Part shown: piece by piece, positions 1 to 11,969 of the stretch | Layout: each line of letters opens with the position of its first letter | Position numbering within the stretch: position 1 is the stretch's first letter | From: Callorhinchus milii | Lineage: Eukaryota | Assembly: GCF_018977255.1 (NCBI RefSeq) | Contig: NW_024704742.1 | Coordinates: 96,970,001 to 97,034,000 of the forward strand | Length of the DNA stretch: 64,000 nucleotides | Reading direction: 5' to 3' | Made by a program: the position numbers and the translations under genes | Notes under the pieces: model-generated | The model's database searches: none | What the model was told of the DNA's origin: nothing | The model's input: only the letters and a program-made list of their open reading frames with translations

Positions 1-1181
1 TTGAGGGATACGTTGCTCAATTGGAATGTACAAATTTAATCTGTTATCCAGCAAGACTAATGCTAGCCAATGCAGAGATTTTCCATGAAGCTATAATAGG
101 TAATTTCTCCAATTCGCTGAACTGATGATTGAATTATAAACTGGGAAATCAACTTCCTGGTGTTAGCAATTCTGTCTCCAGAGATGTGTAATTTTAGATA
201 CATGAATTTTCTCCAACTCATTGGCTCATCTCCCATAGAGTACAAGTAAGGGCAGATTGCTATTCAGACTTGTACACAGTATACTCTTTAGCACAGGGGT
301 AACTATTTCATATACTTTCTTATAGCACTTTTACCATGGCAAAGTCACTTAGGCAAGAACTTCTGCCATTTAAGTTTCACTTTGCTTCCTTTTGCAAACT
401 TGAAATGGGACATACAAACATGAAACAAAGATTGGTCATTCATCTTATCCTGTTTGTAGGACATTGTTGGCACATGTAGGTTAGCTCCTGCAGTTCTTTA
501 TAGAAATCACCATCCTTTATAGTTGCATATTGTTGAGGTGCTGTGTGATGCTTTGATGTAATAAGCACTGTACCAAATGCAAGTATTATTATTTGCTGTT
601 TGAAAAGATGAACAAGAATATATGATTTTTGCCACTAAACTATTTTGATATCTCAAAGATTATTCTCCTTTAGGTAATTATTGCTACTTTTATGAGGTAG
701 TAGCTATTGTCACTTCTGAAGGAAAATATTGTCATCTTTGGAGACAACAGCATGCTACTGGCAAGCTAATTGCCTGCTGCTTGATCCATGACTGCTGGTT
801 TCATGGCTGTCATATTTTCTGCCAAGGGTAGCTGACCATTCAATTTGCAGTTTCAGCATTAACAGCCTGTTTGGAGATATCCAACAGGCAGAAAAATACG
901 ATAAAGAGTTGGAACTTAGAAAACACCACACATGGGCAACTAAAGTTCTATACAATAAACAGGTAAATGTCAGGCATTAACACCAAATGTTAGTTTATGT
1001 AACATAAACTAAATACAGCATTAATGCATTTAAACCTGTTACCACAAGGTTGCTGTGCTTCAGTCTCCCTGATGAGATGATCAGCCCTTGAAATTATAAG
1101 CAAGTTAAAGTGACACACTTTCTAAAACAAGGTTTTTACTTCTGAGACCACAGAAGCTCCTTCCTGCTTGTTAAACATGTC

Positions 1182-1792
1182 AATTAAGAGATGGTGACAT
1201 GCTTCTACTGGCAATTCTAACCCTCCAGGGTCTTGCCCCACCCTACCTCTGTGACCTCCTAAAGTCTTATCAATCTGCCTGCTCCCTCTACTCACCAGGC
1301 ACTGGCCTGCTTCACATTCTCTGCCCTGCCCATCCCACCATTGACAGTTGGGCCTTCAGCCTTTCTGCCCTCACTCTCGGGATCTCCATCCTGGAGTCCC
1401 TTTACTGCTTTTCTTCCCTCGCCTCCTTCAGGGTCTGTCGCATGACCTTCCTTTTTGACCAGCTTCACGGTCATCTTCCCCCCACCCCCGTGGCCGCCAA
1501 CCCTCTGAATCCAACCTTGTTCTTGTTGAACATTACATGATTTGCAAATAATACGCAGCGTAACCAATTCTCTGCAACCATTGTGCTATGTTTCCATAAC
1601 CTTGTGCTTTTTTATAATGTGTCATGGCATCAGCAACTTCATATGAAATATGTTAATATTTCTAACTTGTCAGCATGCAGATATAACCTTGTAACTTGCA
1701 GATTGATAAGACTTTAGGAGGTCACAGAGGTAGGGTGGGGCAAGACCCTGGAGGGTTAGAATTGTCAGCAGAAGCATGTCCATCTTTTAATT
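1182..1792. repeat. Inverted duplication; arms 1182-1278 and 1698-1792
   Basis: The reverse complement of 1698-1792 matches 1182-1278 with about 3 substitutions and a 2-nt indel. Confidence 0.92.
1225..1500 (+). mobile_element. L2-clade LINE 3' fragment
   Basis: Translates as GLAPPYLCDLL..Y......GLLHI..PTI..WAFS, like the ORF2 C-terminus of the other L2 copies here. Confidence 0.85.
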
Positions 1793-1989
1793 CGCTCAGG
1801 CTGATTTATTTTACATATTAAAAGATGGCTCAGTTGATGAAACCACTGCCTAAATGTGACTCTTGATTTAAGCAGATCAAAACATAATCAAATGTGAAGA
1901 TTGTTGTAAGCTCTTAAGATTTGATCTATGATCCGTGTTAAGTGATGTTAATTGGAGCACTAGGTAAGGTATCAGCCTGGCAAGGTATC

Positions 1990-2200
1990 AGCCTGACTCA
2001 TTCAGAAGCCCTCTTGTCTCTGTTGTGAGTTCAAGACCCACATTGGGACTTTGAGCTCATAGTCTGTTGTCACATTATCAGTACTGATGAGCGCTGTATT
2101 GTCATCGGAGATGTTGTTTTTGGTTCAGGTGTTAAACCGAGGAATACATAATCCTGTTTAAGTGGATGTTAAAGATCCCTTGGCACTATTTGAAAAGAGA
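1990..2200 (+). mobile_element. Deu-domain SINE fragment (SacSINE1/AmnSINE1-like)
   Basis: gagttcaagacccacattgggacttt...gttaaaccgagg...gtggatgttaaagatcccttggcactatttga, shared with other copies in the window. Confidence 0.75.
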
Positions 2201-2444
2201 ACAGCAACTTGCATTCATATAGAGTCCTTTAAGTAGGATAACATTTTACTACTTTGAAAGAATTTGAATAAGGAGCTATATCACATGCAAGGATTAATAT
2301 TAATCTGTCAATGTCGCCGTACAATTGGCCTCAGAGCTCCTGATCAAGGACAAGATAAAACTTAGGTGGAGTAGCCCCCATTTAAATACCCCAACAACTC
2401 TCTCTATCTTGGTTAATACATAAAAATAGCTTCTTGGAAAGTAT

Positions 2445-2560
2445 TGAAAATATACAGTCAATTCACTTTACAATATAATCTGTGAAGCGCTTTGAGATGC
2501 CTAGAAGACGTGAAAAGCGCTATATCAAATGCAACGATTATTATCATTATTATTATTATT
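2445..2560 (+). mobile_element. SINE 3' tail fragment
   Basis: atatacagtcaattcactttaca...gaagcgctttgaga...tatatcaaatgcaacgattatt(att)n. Confidence 0.85.
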
Positions 2561-2712
2561 GGCATCCATTGAATCCCAGCATGACCAAGACCAAGAGAGT
2601 AAATCGAGAACATTCATTGAAAAATGATTTATTGCCTCCTCTCAGGTTCCACTGAGCTGCACTACATTCCTTCCTAAACCATCTGTTAATGTTGATACTA
2701 ACTAGTTTAGCT

Positions 2713-2945
2713 ATAGAAGCATAGAAATTTACAGCACTAAAGAAGACCATTCAGCCCATTAAATCTGCGCTCTGACTCTTAGAAAGAGCAATCCAATTAG
2801 TCCCATTTTCTGTTATTTCCCCATACTGACATGAATTATTGTTCTTACATATCAATCTAGTTCACTCTTCAAAACTAGGTGCGGTGGTGAACCTTTCCTC
2901 CACCACCACACCCAGCAGAGCTATTCCACATCCTAACAGCTCATT
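2713..2945 (-). mobile_element. CR1-like LINE 3' end, degraded
   Basis: atagaagcatagaaatttacagcac..gaagaccattcagcccat is the reverse complement of a CR1-type tail like that at 28251-28302. Confidence 0.65.
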
Positions 2946-4582
2946 CCCTTTGCTGGCAACACAGAATAACTTACCTTCAAACCTTAACCTTTTTGTTTCC
3001 TTTCTTTATAAGGCAGATGTCCAGAGCCATTTCCTGATTTTCTCAGTTGCATCACTGAGATTAGCATTGTTTCTGCACTCTCCCACCCTTTAGCCATGTG
3101 AGGGAGAGTACAGAGAAAAGTGTCACTCAACTCATCAATTTAATACCTTGAAATAGATTTATTAGACTGTAGCCACAGTTTATTATCAAGCACTTTAGAA
3201 ATTGCTGATGTCTTTTTTTTCTATTAGTCAGGCCGATGTCTCAAAAATGCAAAGCCCATCACCATGCTTATGAGTATCCACCAGAGTTCCACATACGTAT
3301 AGCACCTACACATGGATATTTGTTTGTGTCTGGAATGGAATTTGTACTCTCTCCCTGGAGGGACACATCCTGCTTACCTAATTCTGGAAAGTATTGGGTT
3401 TAGGTTGACAAGAGCCAAGGCTAAGAGTCCCTAGACTATATATAAGGATACCGCTGCAGATTAACCAGCTAAGATTGCATAGCTTGCCATTGACAGAACT
3501 TTTTGGCAAGCCTCCCAGGTAGGAATCATCCTCTCGTTTAGGCTTTGGCTTGCAGGGTTAACAGGAGCCAATTGGGAAGAATAACTGTCCCCATTATGCT
3601 GGTGCTTGGCACTGTGATTGAACGTATGTATATCTGATAGCTGGATTTCCAATTTCACAAAGTAATAATACAATTCTACCAATGTGTCTACCTGCCAATA
3701 TGAAAGGTACTATATAAATGTAATTTGTTGTTATTTTTTAAATTGTGAAAGGATAAAGCAACTGTGTAGTTTTTAAATGTAGGCTAAAATTTTGTAAACC
3801 TATTTCTATTGATCAAATAGGTAATCATTTTTAAATTCAGAAAGTCACTGAAGGCAAGCTTGTTTCTTAGTGTGGTACATTTATTCCTGCATCTTAGAAA
3901 GATCAAACTGTAATGAAACATTGTCTTTAAGCTGCAGGAATAAATTCAATATTCAGCAAAAGGAGCGGAAATGGAGTGGTGATCATCTTGAAAATGCAAT
4001 CAATATGGATACTATTTTGTTTATTTTTAGAGTTAATCCCCTGTTGTTCAAGAGCCAGAAATTGGGAACCTCTTGAACCAACTTCATTTATGCAGCTCTA
4101 AGAATTCCTTCAGCAGCAATGAAATCTCACTAGTACAGAGCACTTCGCTCTCTGCTAATGAAGAAGCTTGCATTCCATAAAATGCATGAATGATTCCAAG
4201 TAGTAAAGTTGAAGGAGTAATGCAAGCCAGTGTAAATACATGACGCTGGCAAGGAAATTGGCTTAAAAACAGGAAATGGAAGACAGACGTACTGTAATTT
4301 GGAACATTTCAGACTAGAAGGCAATTACAAGCATGGATATGTTGGCACTCTGAATCTTGCTAAGTCTAATGGATGGAAGCCATGGAGACAAGAGTAAACT
4401 AAACAGGTTTGTGAATTATAGCGAAGAAGGAGCCTAGGGGAAATAATGCTAAAGAATGCAGTCAGATTTAGAACAGCTCAAAACTTTTGTGCAACTGAGC
4501 TGATACAGGTGCTAGCTGTGGTTTAATGTAAAAATGTAAAACGATTAGTATGGGAGCAAGGGAACAAAAGAAGAATATGCAG

Positions 4583-4905
4583 CAACAACAACAACAAATT
4601 ATATTTGTATAGTTTCACATTGGGAGGACGTCCCAAAGCGCTGGGGAGACAGGGATCCACACCCGAGCTGGTGGTTGGGATCAGGAACGCTGGAGGGTAG
4701 GGTGGGTAGGGGTAGGATGGTGACCGAAGGCACGGACAAAGAGATGGGTCTTGAGACGGGTCTTGAAGTTCGTAAAGGTGGGGGTGAGGCGGAGGGACTT
4801 TGGGATGGAGTTCCAGAGGGTGGGGGCAGAGAGGCTGAAGGCCCTCCCACCAATGGTGGGGGGGGCTAGGTGGAGGACGTGAGCAGTCTGGAGCCCGCTG
4901 AGTGG
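4583..4905 (-). mobile_element. L2-clade LINE 3' fragment
   Basis: (caa)n tail plus reverse complement of the PTIGGRAFS..APTLWNS region. Confidence 0.88.
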
Positions 4906-6479
4906 AATAGAAAAGATGCCTGACTAGTAGATCAGAAATGAGATCCAGAGGTTATTGTGGATAATGGATAACATAATCAGTCCAATGTTTTGTGATATTA
5001 AAAAAACAGTCAGTAAAGAACCTGCATTAATTGAGACCAGCTGCTTTGTGGATAAGAAAAACATACAGATTTTTGTACACACGTCTTTTTTTTATGTATA
5101 TATGTGTATCTCTCTCTCACTTGCTCTAATCTGTATTCCCCTGGATCTTATATTCAGTTTTTCCTAATTAACATTATCATCCTGGATATCTTGTGCTCAT
5201 GCTTGCAACTAAAGCATAATCCTGATATTGCAGCCTAGCTTGACTTCTGCATCAGAGTCAGATGTGGATAACTAGCGTGCAGATATGCAGTGTTCTACTG
5301 CACTGGCTTGCATGAGTAAAGGGTTGGGATACAAATTAAAAAGAAGTTGTACAGATTTTTCCAGTCCACTGCAGGTTATCCTTCATCTGAACATACGTGA
5401 TGACTCTGTGCTAATGCGCCTTGATTTAGCATGGCTCTGCTTATAGTGTGGGTGTACTGTAAACCTGCACTATACTGGAAATGCAGCACGCTTCTCGTGT
5501 TGTCTGGCTAGCTTACTCGGTGCTATGCATGTGTGCCCTGTGCAAGAAGCACCATTGACATCACTTGGTGAAGGAAGTGACATTAATGCTGTTATAGCGC
5601 AGATGCACAGTACCGAGAAAATTACCTCAGCTGTGACCTGGCAACCCAGATACACTGACCGGCAGCGGGCTCTTTTTATATCTTCTTGTTACAGTTCAAA
5701 GTGACTGAGTTTATGGTTTCAAAACATCTTTTTATAGTGGGTTTGGCCTATAGTATTATCTTTGGTTACTGATTTTATGTTGCTGAAATGTTTTTTTCAG
5801 GTTTTCCAGCTAAGTTTCTCTTCACATACCTGTCAACCAACTCATCTTGGAGGGAGGGAATTTGCCACCAATCTTAAATTGACCATCATTATCACCTCCA
5901 CTAAAAATCTAGTACATTCTCTCTTTTCTGAGCATTTTGTGCCCAACATTTCTGCATTGTGACTCACTGGGGTGAAGGGCGTCTTTTCCATTTCATTGTG
6001 AAGGCTATAATTTCAAGTCTGTTGTGATTCCTGAGTATGATTATTTGTGCTTTTGCATGACAAGATGTCAAGATTGTACCTAAAGCATTTTCTGTGATAA
6101 TGATGAAGAATTCAGGGAAAATGCTGACTTTCAAATGCATTTAAAATTCACCCAAGGCGGATTTCGCTGAACAGCTGTGAGTGTGTGTTGGTGGGAGTGA
6201 GAGAGGAGGAGAGGTTGTAATTCATGATGCACTAATATAGGTTATAATGCAATATTTTTTGGTCCATAAAATTGGACACCTCATTATAAAATGGCCAATG
6301 CTGACATCACTTCCTATAAAATGGCCACTACTGAAATTTCCAGTGTGCAGGAAGCCAGTAACTTCTCTAGCTAGCATTTTCAGTGGTTACCAGGAATACT
6401 GCAAGGCATTAAGAGAGCTTCAGATCTATATACTTTGACTCAGGAAGCTAGCAATTCAGCACAAGAAATGTATTCATCC

Positions 6480-7292
6480 CAGCCTGGCTCATTTAGTGGC
6501 ACTCTCAATCTCACCTTGTGAGTAAAAAGATTGTGAGTTTAAACCCACATTGGGACTTTAAGCTCAGTCTAGGCTTACACTCCAGTACAGCAATAATACT
6601 TGCAATTGATATAGTGCCATATCACGTCTTCGAGGCGTCTCAAAGCGCTTCACAGAATTTACTGTAAATTGAATTGACTGCATATTTTGTTGGCGAAACG
6701 TGGCAGCCAGTTGCACACAGCAGTGTTCCACAAACAGTCGTGGATTGAAGTGAACAATTTATTATTATTTTTTTTGAAGGAGTTATTGCCCCCGGAAAAG
6801 TGATCTGCCAATTGACAAACTATTGGGTTCCTACTCACTACTAGGTAAAAAGAGATGTGTGAAGAAAGGAAACTTGCCCAGTGTTTCACCCTGCCGGGAA
6901 TCGAATCCAGGTCTCGCACTTGCGAGGCAAGTGCTCTAACCACTGAGCTACAGGACTCCACTATACATTAATGCTAGAACGCCACATTGTTGGAGATGCC
7001 GTCCTTCAGATGAGATATTAAACCAAGGGTCCATCTGACTGTTCGGGCGGACATTAAAGATCTCGTGGCACTATTCAATAAGCAAACAAGAATTTCTCCT
7101 GTGCCCTGGCCAACAATTCTTTAAATAAAATTAGTCAATCATTTCAAGACTGTTTATGGTACATTGCTCTTCCCAAATTATCTGTGACGTAGACCTACAA
7201 ATGCACAGTCACCATACTTTTCAGTAAATCCTGTAAATCCTGAGGCATTCTCTTGATGTGAAAGGTGCTGTATCAAATGTAAGGATTATATT
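6480..7292 (+). mobile_element. Deu-domain SINE interrupted by a younger SINE (6592-6961)
   Basis: The 5' half (6480-6591) and 3' half (6962-7292) join into the same element seen intact at 40810 and 58368. Confidence 0.8.
6592..6961 (-). mobile_element. tRNA-Ala-derived SINE, full length
   Basis: Reverse complement begins gtggagtcctgtagctcagtggttagagcac (A box)...gattcgattccc (B box) and ends in an L2-like tail with (att)n. Confidence 0.9.
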
Positions 7293-7481
7293 TTTTCCCC
7301 ACACTTCTGCAAGCCAACTGTGTAATACCCAGACATGTATTATAGCGAGGCATGTTATAATGGGAGTTGTTGAGTATTAACCTCAGCAATAAAACAAAAA
7401 AGTCTGCTGCTACCATTGGATTACATTCCATGCAATTCATCAGTTTGAAATATTAAGGTATCTTAGATTCTGTGCAATTGC

Positions 7482-8475
7482 TGACATCGCCCAGTTCCAC
7501 CACTGTATCACACCACAGGCTGCCGAGATCCTCATACACGCATTTATAACATCCAGTGGAGTCCTGTAACATGTGGAGTCCTGTAGTTCAGTCATTAGAG
7601 CACTCGCCTCTTAAGCGAGAAACCTTGGTTCGATTCCCGACATGGCAAAATGTTGGACAAGTTTCCTTACAAGCCTCTGTTTACCTAGCAGTAAATAGGA
7701 ACCTGATTGTTAGTCGATTGGCGGATCGCTTTTCCAGGGGTAATATCAAAAAAAGAATAAATTGGTCACTTCAATCCACGACTGTTTGTGGGACACTGCT
7801 TGTATGCAATTGACTGCCGTGTTTCACCCACAAAATATACAGTCAATTAACTTTACAGTATATTCTGTGAAGCACTTTGAGACGTCTTGAAGACATGATA
7901 AGGTGCCATATCAAATGCAACGATTATTGTTATTATTATCGAGGGTCACTGCTAATCAGCCTCCCCAGCTCATCCCTCCATAGGCTGCACATCATCCAGA
8001 ACTTTGCAGCCTGTGTCCTCTCCTGCTCCAGGCTCCACGACCCTATCGTCCCAATTCTCGCCCGACTCCACTGGCTTCCCATCACACAGAGGATACAGTT
8101 CAAGATTCTACCCTTATGACTTCCTAACTCCCCTACCAAGCTGCCCACTCCCTCCTCTCAGCAGACTCCAGCCTGCTTCACATCCACCTGCCTCGCTCGC
8201 CCTACCATTGGTGGGTGGGCCTTCAGCCACTCTACCCCCACCCTCTGGAACTCCATCCAGCAGTCCCTCTGCCTCGTCCCTTCCCTTGCTTCCTTCAAGT
8301 CCCGTCTCAAGACCTTCTTGTTCGACCGTGCCTTCGGTCGCCCTCCTTCCCCCCTGCCCTCCATCCTCTCCGATCCCAACCCCCAGCTTGGGTCTGAAAC
8401 ACTGATTGTCCAGTGCCTGGGATGTCCTCCCAATGTGAAAGGCGCTATAGAAATGTAATTTTTGTTTGTTGTTTG
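7482..8475 (+). mobile_element. L2-clade LINE 3' part interrupted by SINE 7556-7939
   Basis: LPSSSLHRLHIIQNFAA..LARLHWLP..RIQFKIL with (ttg)n tail. The 5' piece 7482-7555 is collinear with the 14.3-14.4 kb L2 sequence. Confidence 0.85.
7556..7939 (+). mobile_element. tRNA-Ala-derived SINE, full length
   Basis: gtggagtcctgtagttcagtcattagagcactcgc...ggttcgattcccg...atcaaatgcaacgattattgttattatt. Confidence 0.9.
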
Positions 8476-8807
8476 ATAATATGAATAGTGGTGTTAGTGA
8501 GCGAACAGTCCATCCTTGGAAAGTGGTGTTAATTAATGGTCAATGACCTGACAAAGGGGATAGTCAGGGAATTTTCAATAACTGGATAGAGGAATGATAG
8601 TTAGGGAACGGTCAATGAGATATGTGAACCTATCCAAGAAGAGGGAATAATATAATGGGTAAAAGCAAGTTGTAAGAATTTTCATTGGGTTTCATGACGG
8701 TTTTCCAAAGTAAGCAATTGGTTTCTTTTGATATTAAATGAGCCTGAAATCTTGCCCACATACTATATATCCACGCAATTATAAACACTTAGTTGTGATA
8801 TTAGTAG

Positions 8808-8888
8808 ATTTTATTTATTTATTATTTATTATTTATTTATTATTTATTTGTTATTTATTTGTTATTTATTTATTTATTTATTTATTTA
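8808..8888. repeat. (ATTT)n imperfect microsatellite
   Basis: Direct reading. Confidence 0.95.
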
Positions 8889-10272
8889 ACAGTACTGTGA
8901 TGCATATTTAGTTTAGATTTGGTTTGGTGCTGCAGTTAAAGTGATGCTGTATTTTGCAATCCAATATTACATTACAATATTTTTAAGTCCGAATTTCAGC
9001 TGCAGCTATACTTGCCTTCCCAGAGGTAGCATTATGAAAGGTATTGCTGCACAGTGGACAATTGGCTGTCAGACTCCTGACCAATACTCAAACTGTTCAA
9101 CAACATTTGTAGAACCCTTCAAATAGAGGCTTGTTTTCTTTAACCCTTTGACCTTTTAACGGTTTCATAACCATTTCTGTTACTACTGTTTATTTTGATA
9201 TTGTATTGTGTACAAAATTACAAGGAAACTCACAAACAGTAAGTGAGAGAGAGAGTGAGAGAGAGGCCAATACATACTGCAGTTGTAAAATCCGATATGC
9301 AACAGTCAAGCTGTTTGTGATCACAATTGATAACTGTGGTGCAGTCATCTTATCAACGCTGGATCAGTGCTAGAGCTGCAGGGAATTCCTGCTACCTGCC
9401 ATTCACTTGGTGAGGGCTCAAACCTGTACTTGTGAGAGGTCAAATGACCAACTAGCAATTATCCTCTGGGGCGGGGAAGGACAATTGTTTAATGTCAGAA
9501 GTGAGCAGTCTCGATCAATATATGTGCATGCACTAATAGTGTATATGGCATCTGCAGCAATTCAAAGAGTTTATATACAGTATTTTACCAATGTTTTTAA
9601 ACCCATGTTTTTCTTTTTATTAACGTGGAATGCATATAAACATTAAATATAACAAAAATGATGAACACAAACATGTAATATGGGTAATTCTCCTTCAGTT
9701 ATTTAATGTGAATTTGAGGGACATTTACACCTCTTGGTAACTTAATTCCCAGGATAGAATCGCCAGCAAATTTGTTCTGGCAAAAAGTTCATATCTGCTT
9801 AGCCATACTCTCCCGCTCTGACTTCCTTCAATCCTACCGACTCAACCCTACCGACTCAGCCCTCCCTTTGCTCAGTGAGCACCAGCCTGCGTTGTGTCTC
9901 CTGCCCTATCCCCCCCCACCCCATCATCGGCAGGTGAGCTTTCACTCATTCTGCTTTCTAAAATTCCATGCCAGAGTCTCCAACTCTCCATAACCTCGTT
10001 CAAGATGTTATGGAGAGTTGACTGTGTTGTCGATCATCTTTCCCTTCCCTGGCCCCCTTGTGTTCCATCCCCAGACAGCAGCCCTTTGAGATGTCCTTCT
10101 GACAATAAATGTTAGTTGTACAGCAAAAACATTTACCATGTGGCTTTTTAAAATAAAATTATTTAAAATAGTTGGGAAGAAAATCATTGTGTTGTTTAAG
10201 TTTTGCCCCCTCACCCTAACTTACATAATTCTCCTTATTTAGTGATTTGTTTTTTTCTTTTCTGTCACACAG

Positions 10273-10427
10273 GCAAATGCACAGTTAATTCGTGACATTG
10301 ACGTAGAGAAGGTGTCGTCATTCTCTAACCCATATGTAGATGCAATCAAATGTTTATGGATCGACCCAGGGATCCAGGAATCCTATGATAGACGGAGAGA
10401 ATACCAGCTCTCTGATTCCACCAAATA
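10273..10427 (+). CDS. GNAQ: G protein alpha-q, coding exon 3 (155 bp)
   Basis: Hand translation gives [51 protein letters not shown](Y). Acceptor is pyrimidine tract + cacacag, donor is TA|gtaagt. STKY is GNAQ-type (GNA11 has SAKY). Not in the ORF track. Confidence 0.97.
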
Positions 10428-11804
10428 GTAAGTATTTGAATCACTGACTTTTCCACTATTATTGGAACAATTTACACCATAACATTGAATCTTCCTGGGC
10501 TAAGATGAAATCAAAATCTTGATCCTATGATATGGAACCACATGTGGAGTAAGAAGGTTCTTTTACGTTTATGATAAACTTCCTAATCGAATGCACTGAT
10601 AACATAGTCCCATCTCTTTGAAGTGCCAGGGAATAGATACAATTGTAAGAAATAAACTGGAAGTAACGGAATACAGTATGAGGTTATTGTAAACCATTTA
10701 AATTCCTAACATCATGCTGTGGGCCTGGTTTGAGGAATAGGAACTGCGATTGACTGTCACTAAGTGAATCGGAAAGATTTATTGTACACTGTTACGCCAG
10801 TGAGGAATTCTGCCCTTATTTCTTGTGTTCTTGTGTTCTTATGATAGCATCGCAAAGCACTTGGCAGTGCCGGAGCATGACAGTTGCAAGAGGGTCACCT
10901 ACCCTTCTCCCTTCTTACTTTCTCAGAATCCAACTCCAACCCTATAAAATGTACTTGAAGCATCATCCTACAGGAAGGGTGCTATTTAAATGCAACATTT
11001 TGTTGGTGTACCACGATATTATACCCTGTTTTCTTTCACACTTCCAAAAGCAGGTTTAGACATCAATCTGATTATTCAGTGGGGGAGTGTATTTATTTTG
11101 TGCTCGTCCAAGTGATGGTGGTTAATGCTGGGCGTAAGTAGAACCGTTTATGGGCATCGACTGCCAGCAGTAAGAACTCCCAATGCTGATCTAATTTGGG
11201 TTACGTTTAGAATAAAGCTGCTACAGCCTCAGAAGAGCTCCCTCTACTGTATCAATGTGTCACATCCTATGCCATGACCTGTCTGAGCAAGGTTGGTAGT
11301 TAATCCATATTAACGGCTTTGTCCACTGTCCCCAAGAACTGGGCTGCTATACAAACACACTGGCAGTGTAACTTCTCAGCCATTTGATTTGTTTAATTTC
11401 TGTTTCAATCTTTGGCATTCGCAACACTGCCTGATATCCTGAAGCTTTTGCCTATCAAATGATGTATGATGAATACATACTTAGGAACATCTTACAGCTG
11501 ATAAAATGAAAGAAAGACATACACAGAATAATGGAGTCTAAGTACAGTCAAATAAAAGGGTCATTAAAGTACAAAAATATTTACATTCAATCAATAGGAA
11601 ACATATGCTAATTAATTTTCATGTTATTTCTATGGACAGAAATAGGTGACCCAAGGTTAACAAACACTGCCATCTATTGATTGGAGTTCTCATAGAATTT
11701 AGTTATAATTGTCTTTATTTTTTTTGCTCAGCCAGTGTTTGACAAATAGGAAACTCATCAACATGGTTAAAGAGTATCTAAATCAAACTGAGAATTTCAC
11801 GAGA

Positions 11805-11946
11805 ACCAGTTCTGACGAAAGGTCATTGACTTTGAAACGTTAACTCATTTTCCTCTCTCCATGGATGCTGCCTGATCTGCTGCGTGTTCCCAGCAACTTC
11901 TATGTTTATACCAGAATTTCCAGCATGTGTATTACTTTGCCTTTTC
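11805..11946 (+). mobile_element. Penelope-like element terminal fragment with minimal hammerhead motif
   Basis: cagttctgacgaaaggtcattgactttgaaacgttaactc...ctctctccatggatgctgcctgatctgctg...ccagca resembles chondrichthyan Penelope-like ends as recalled. The CTGANGA...GAAA core is seen directly. Confidence 0.7.
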
Positions 11947-11969
11947 TCATTATCTTTCTTATTTCACAG

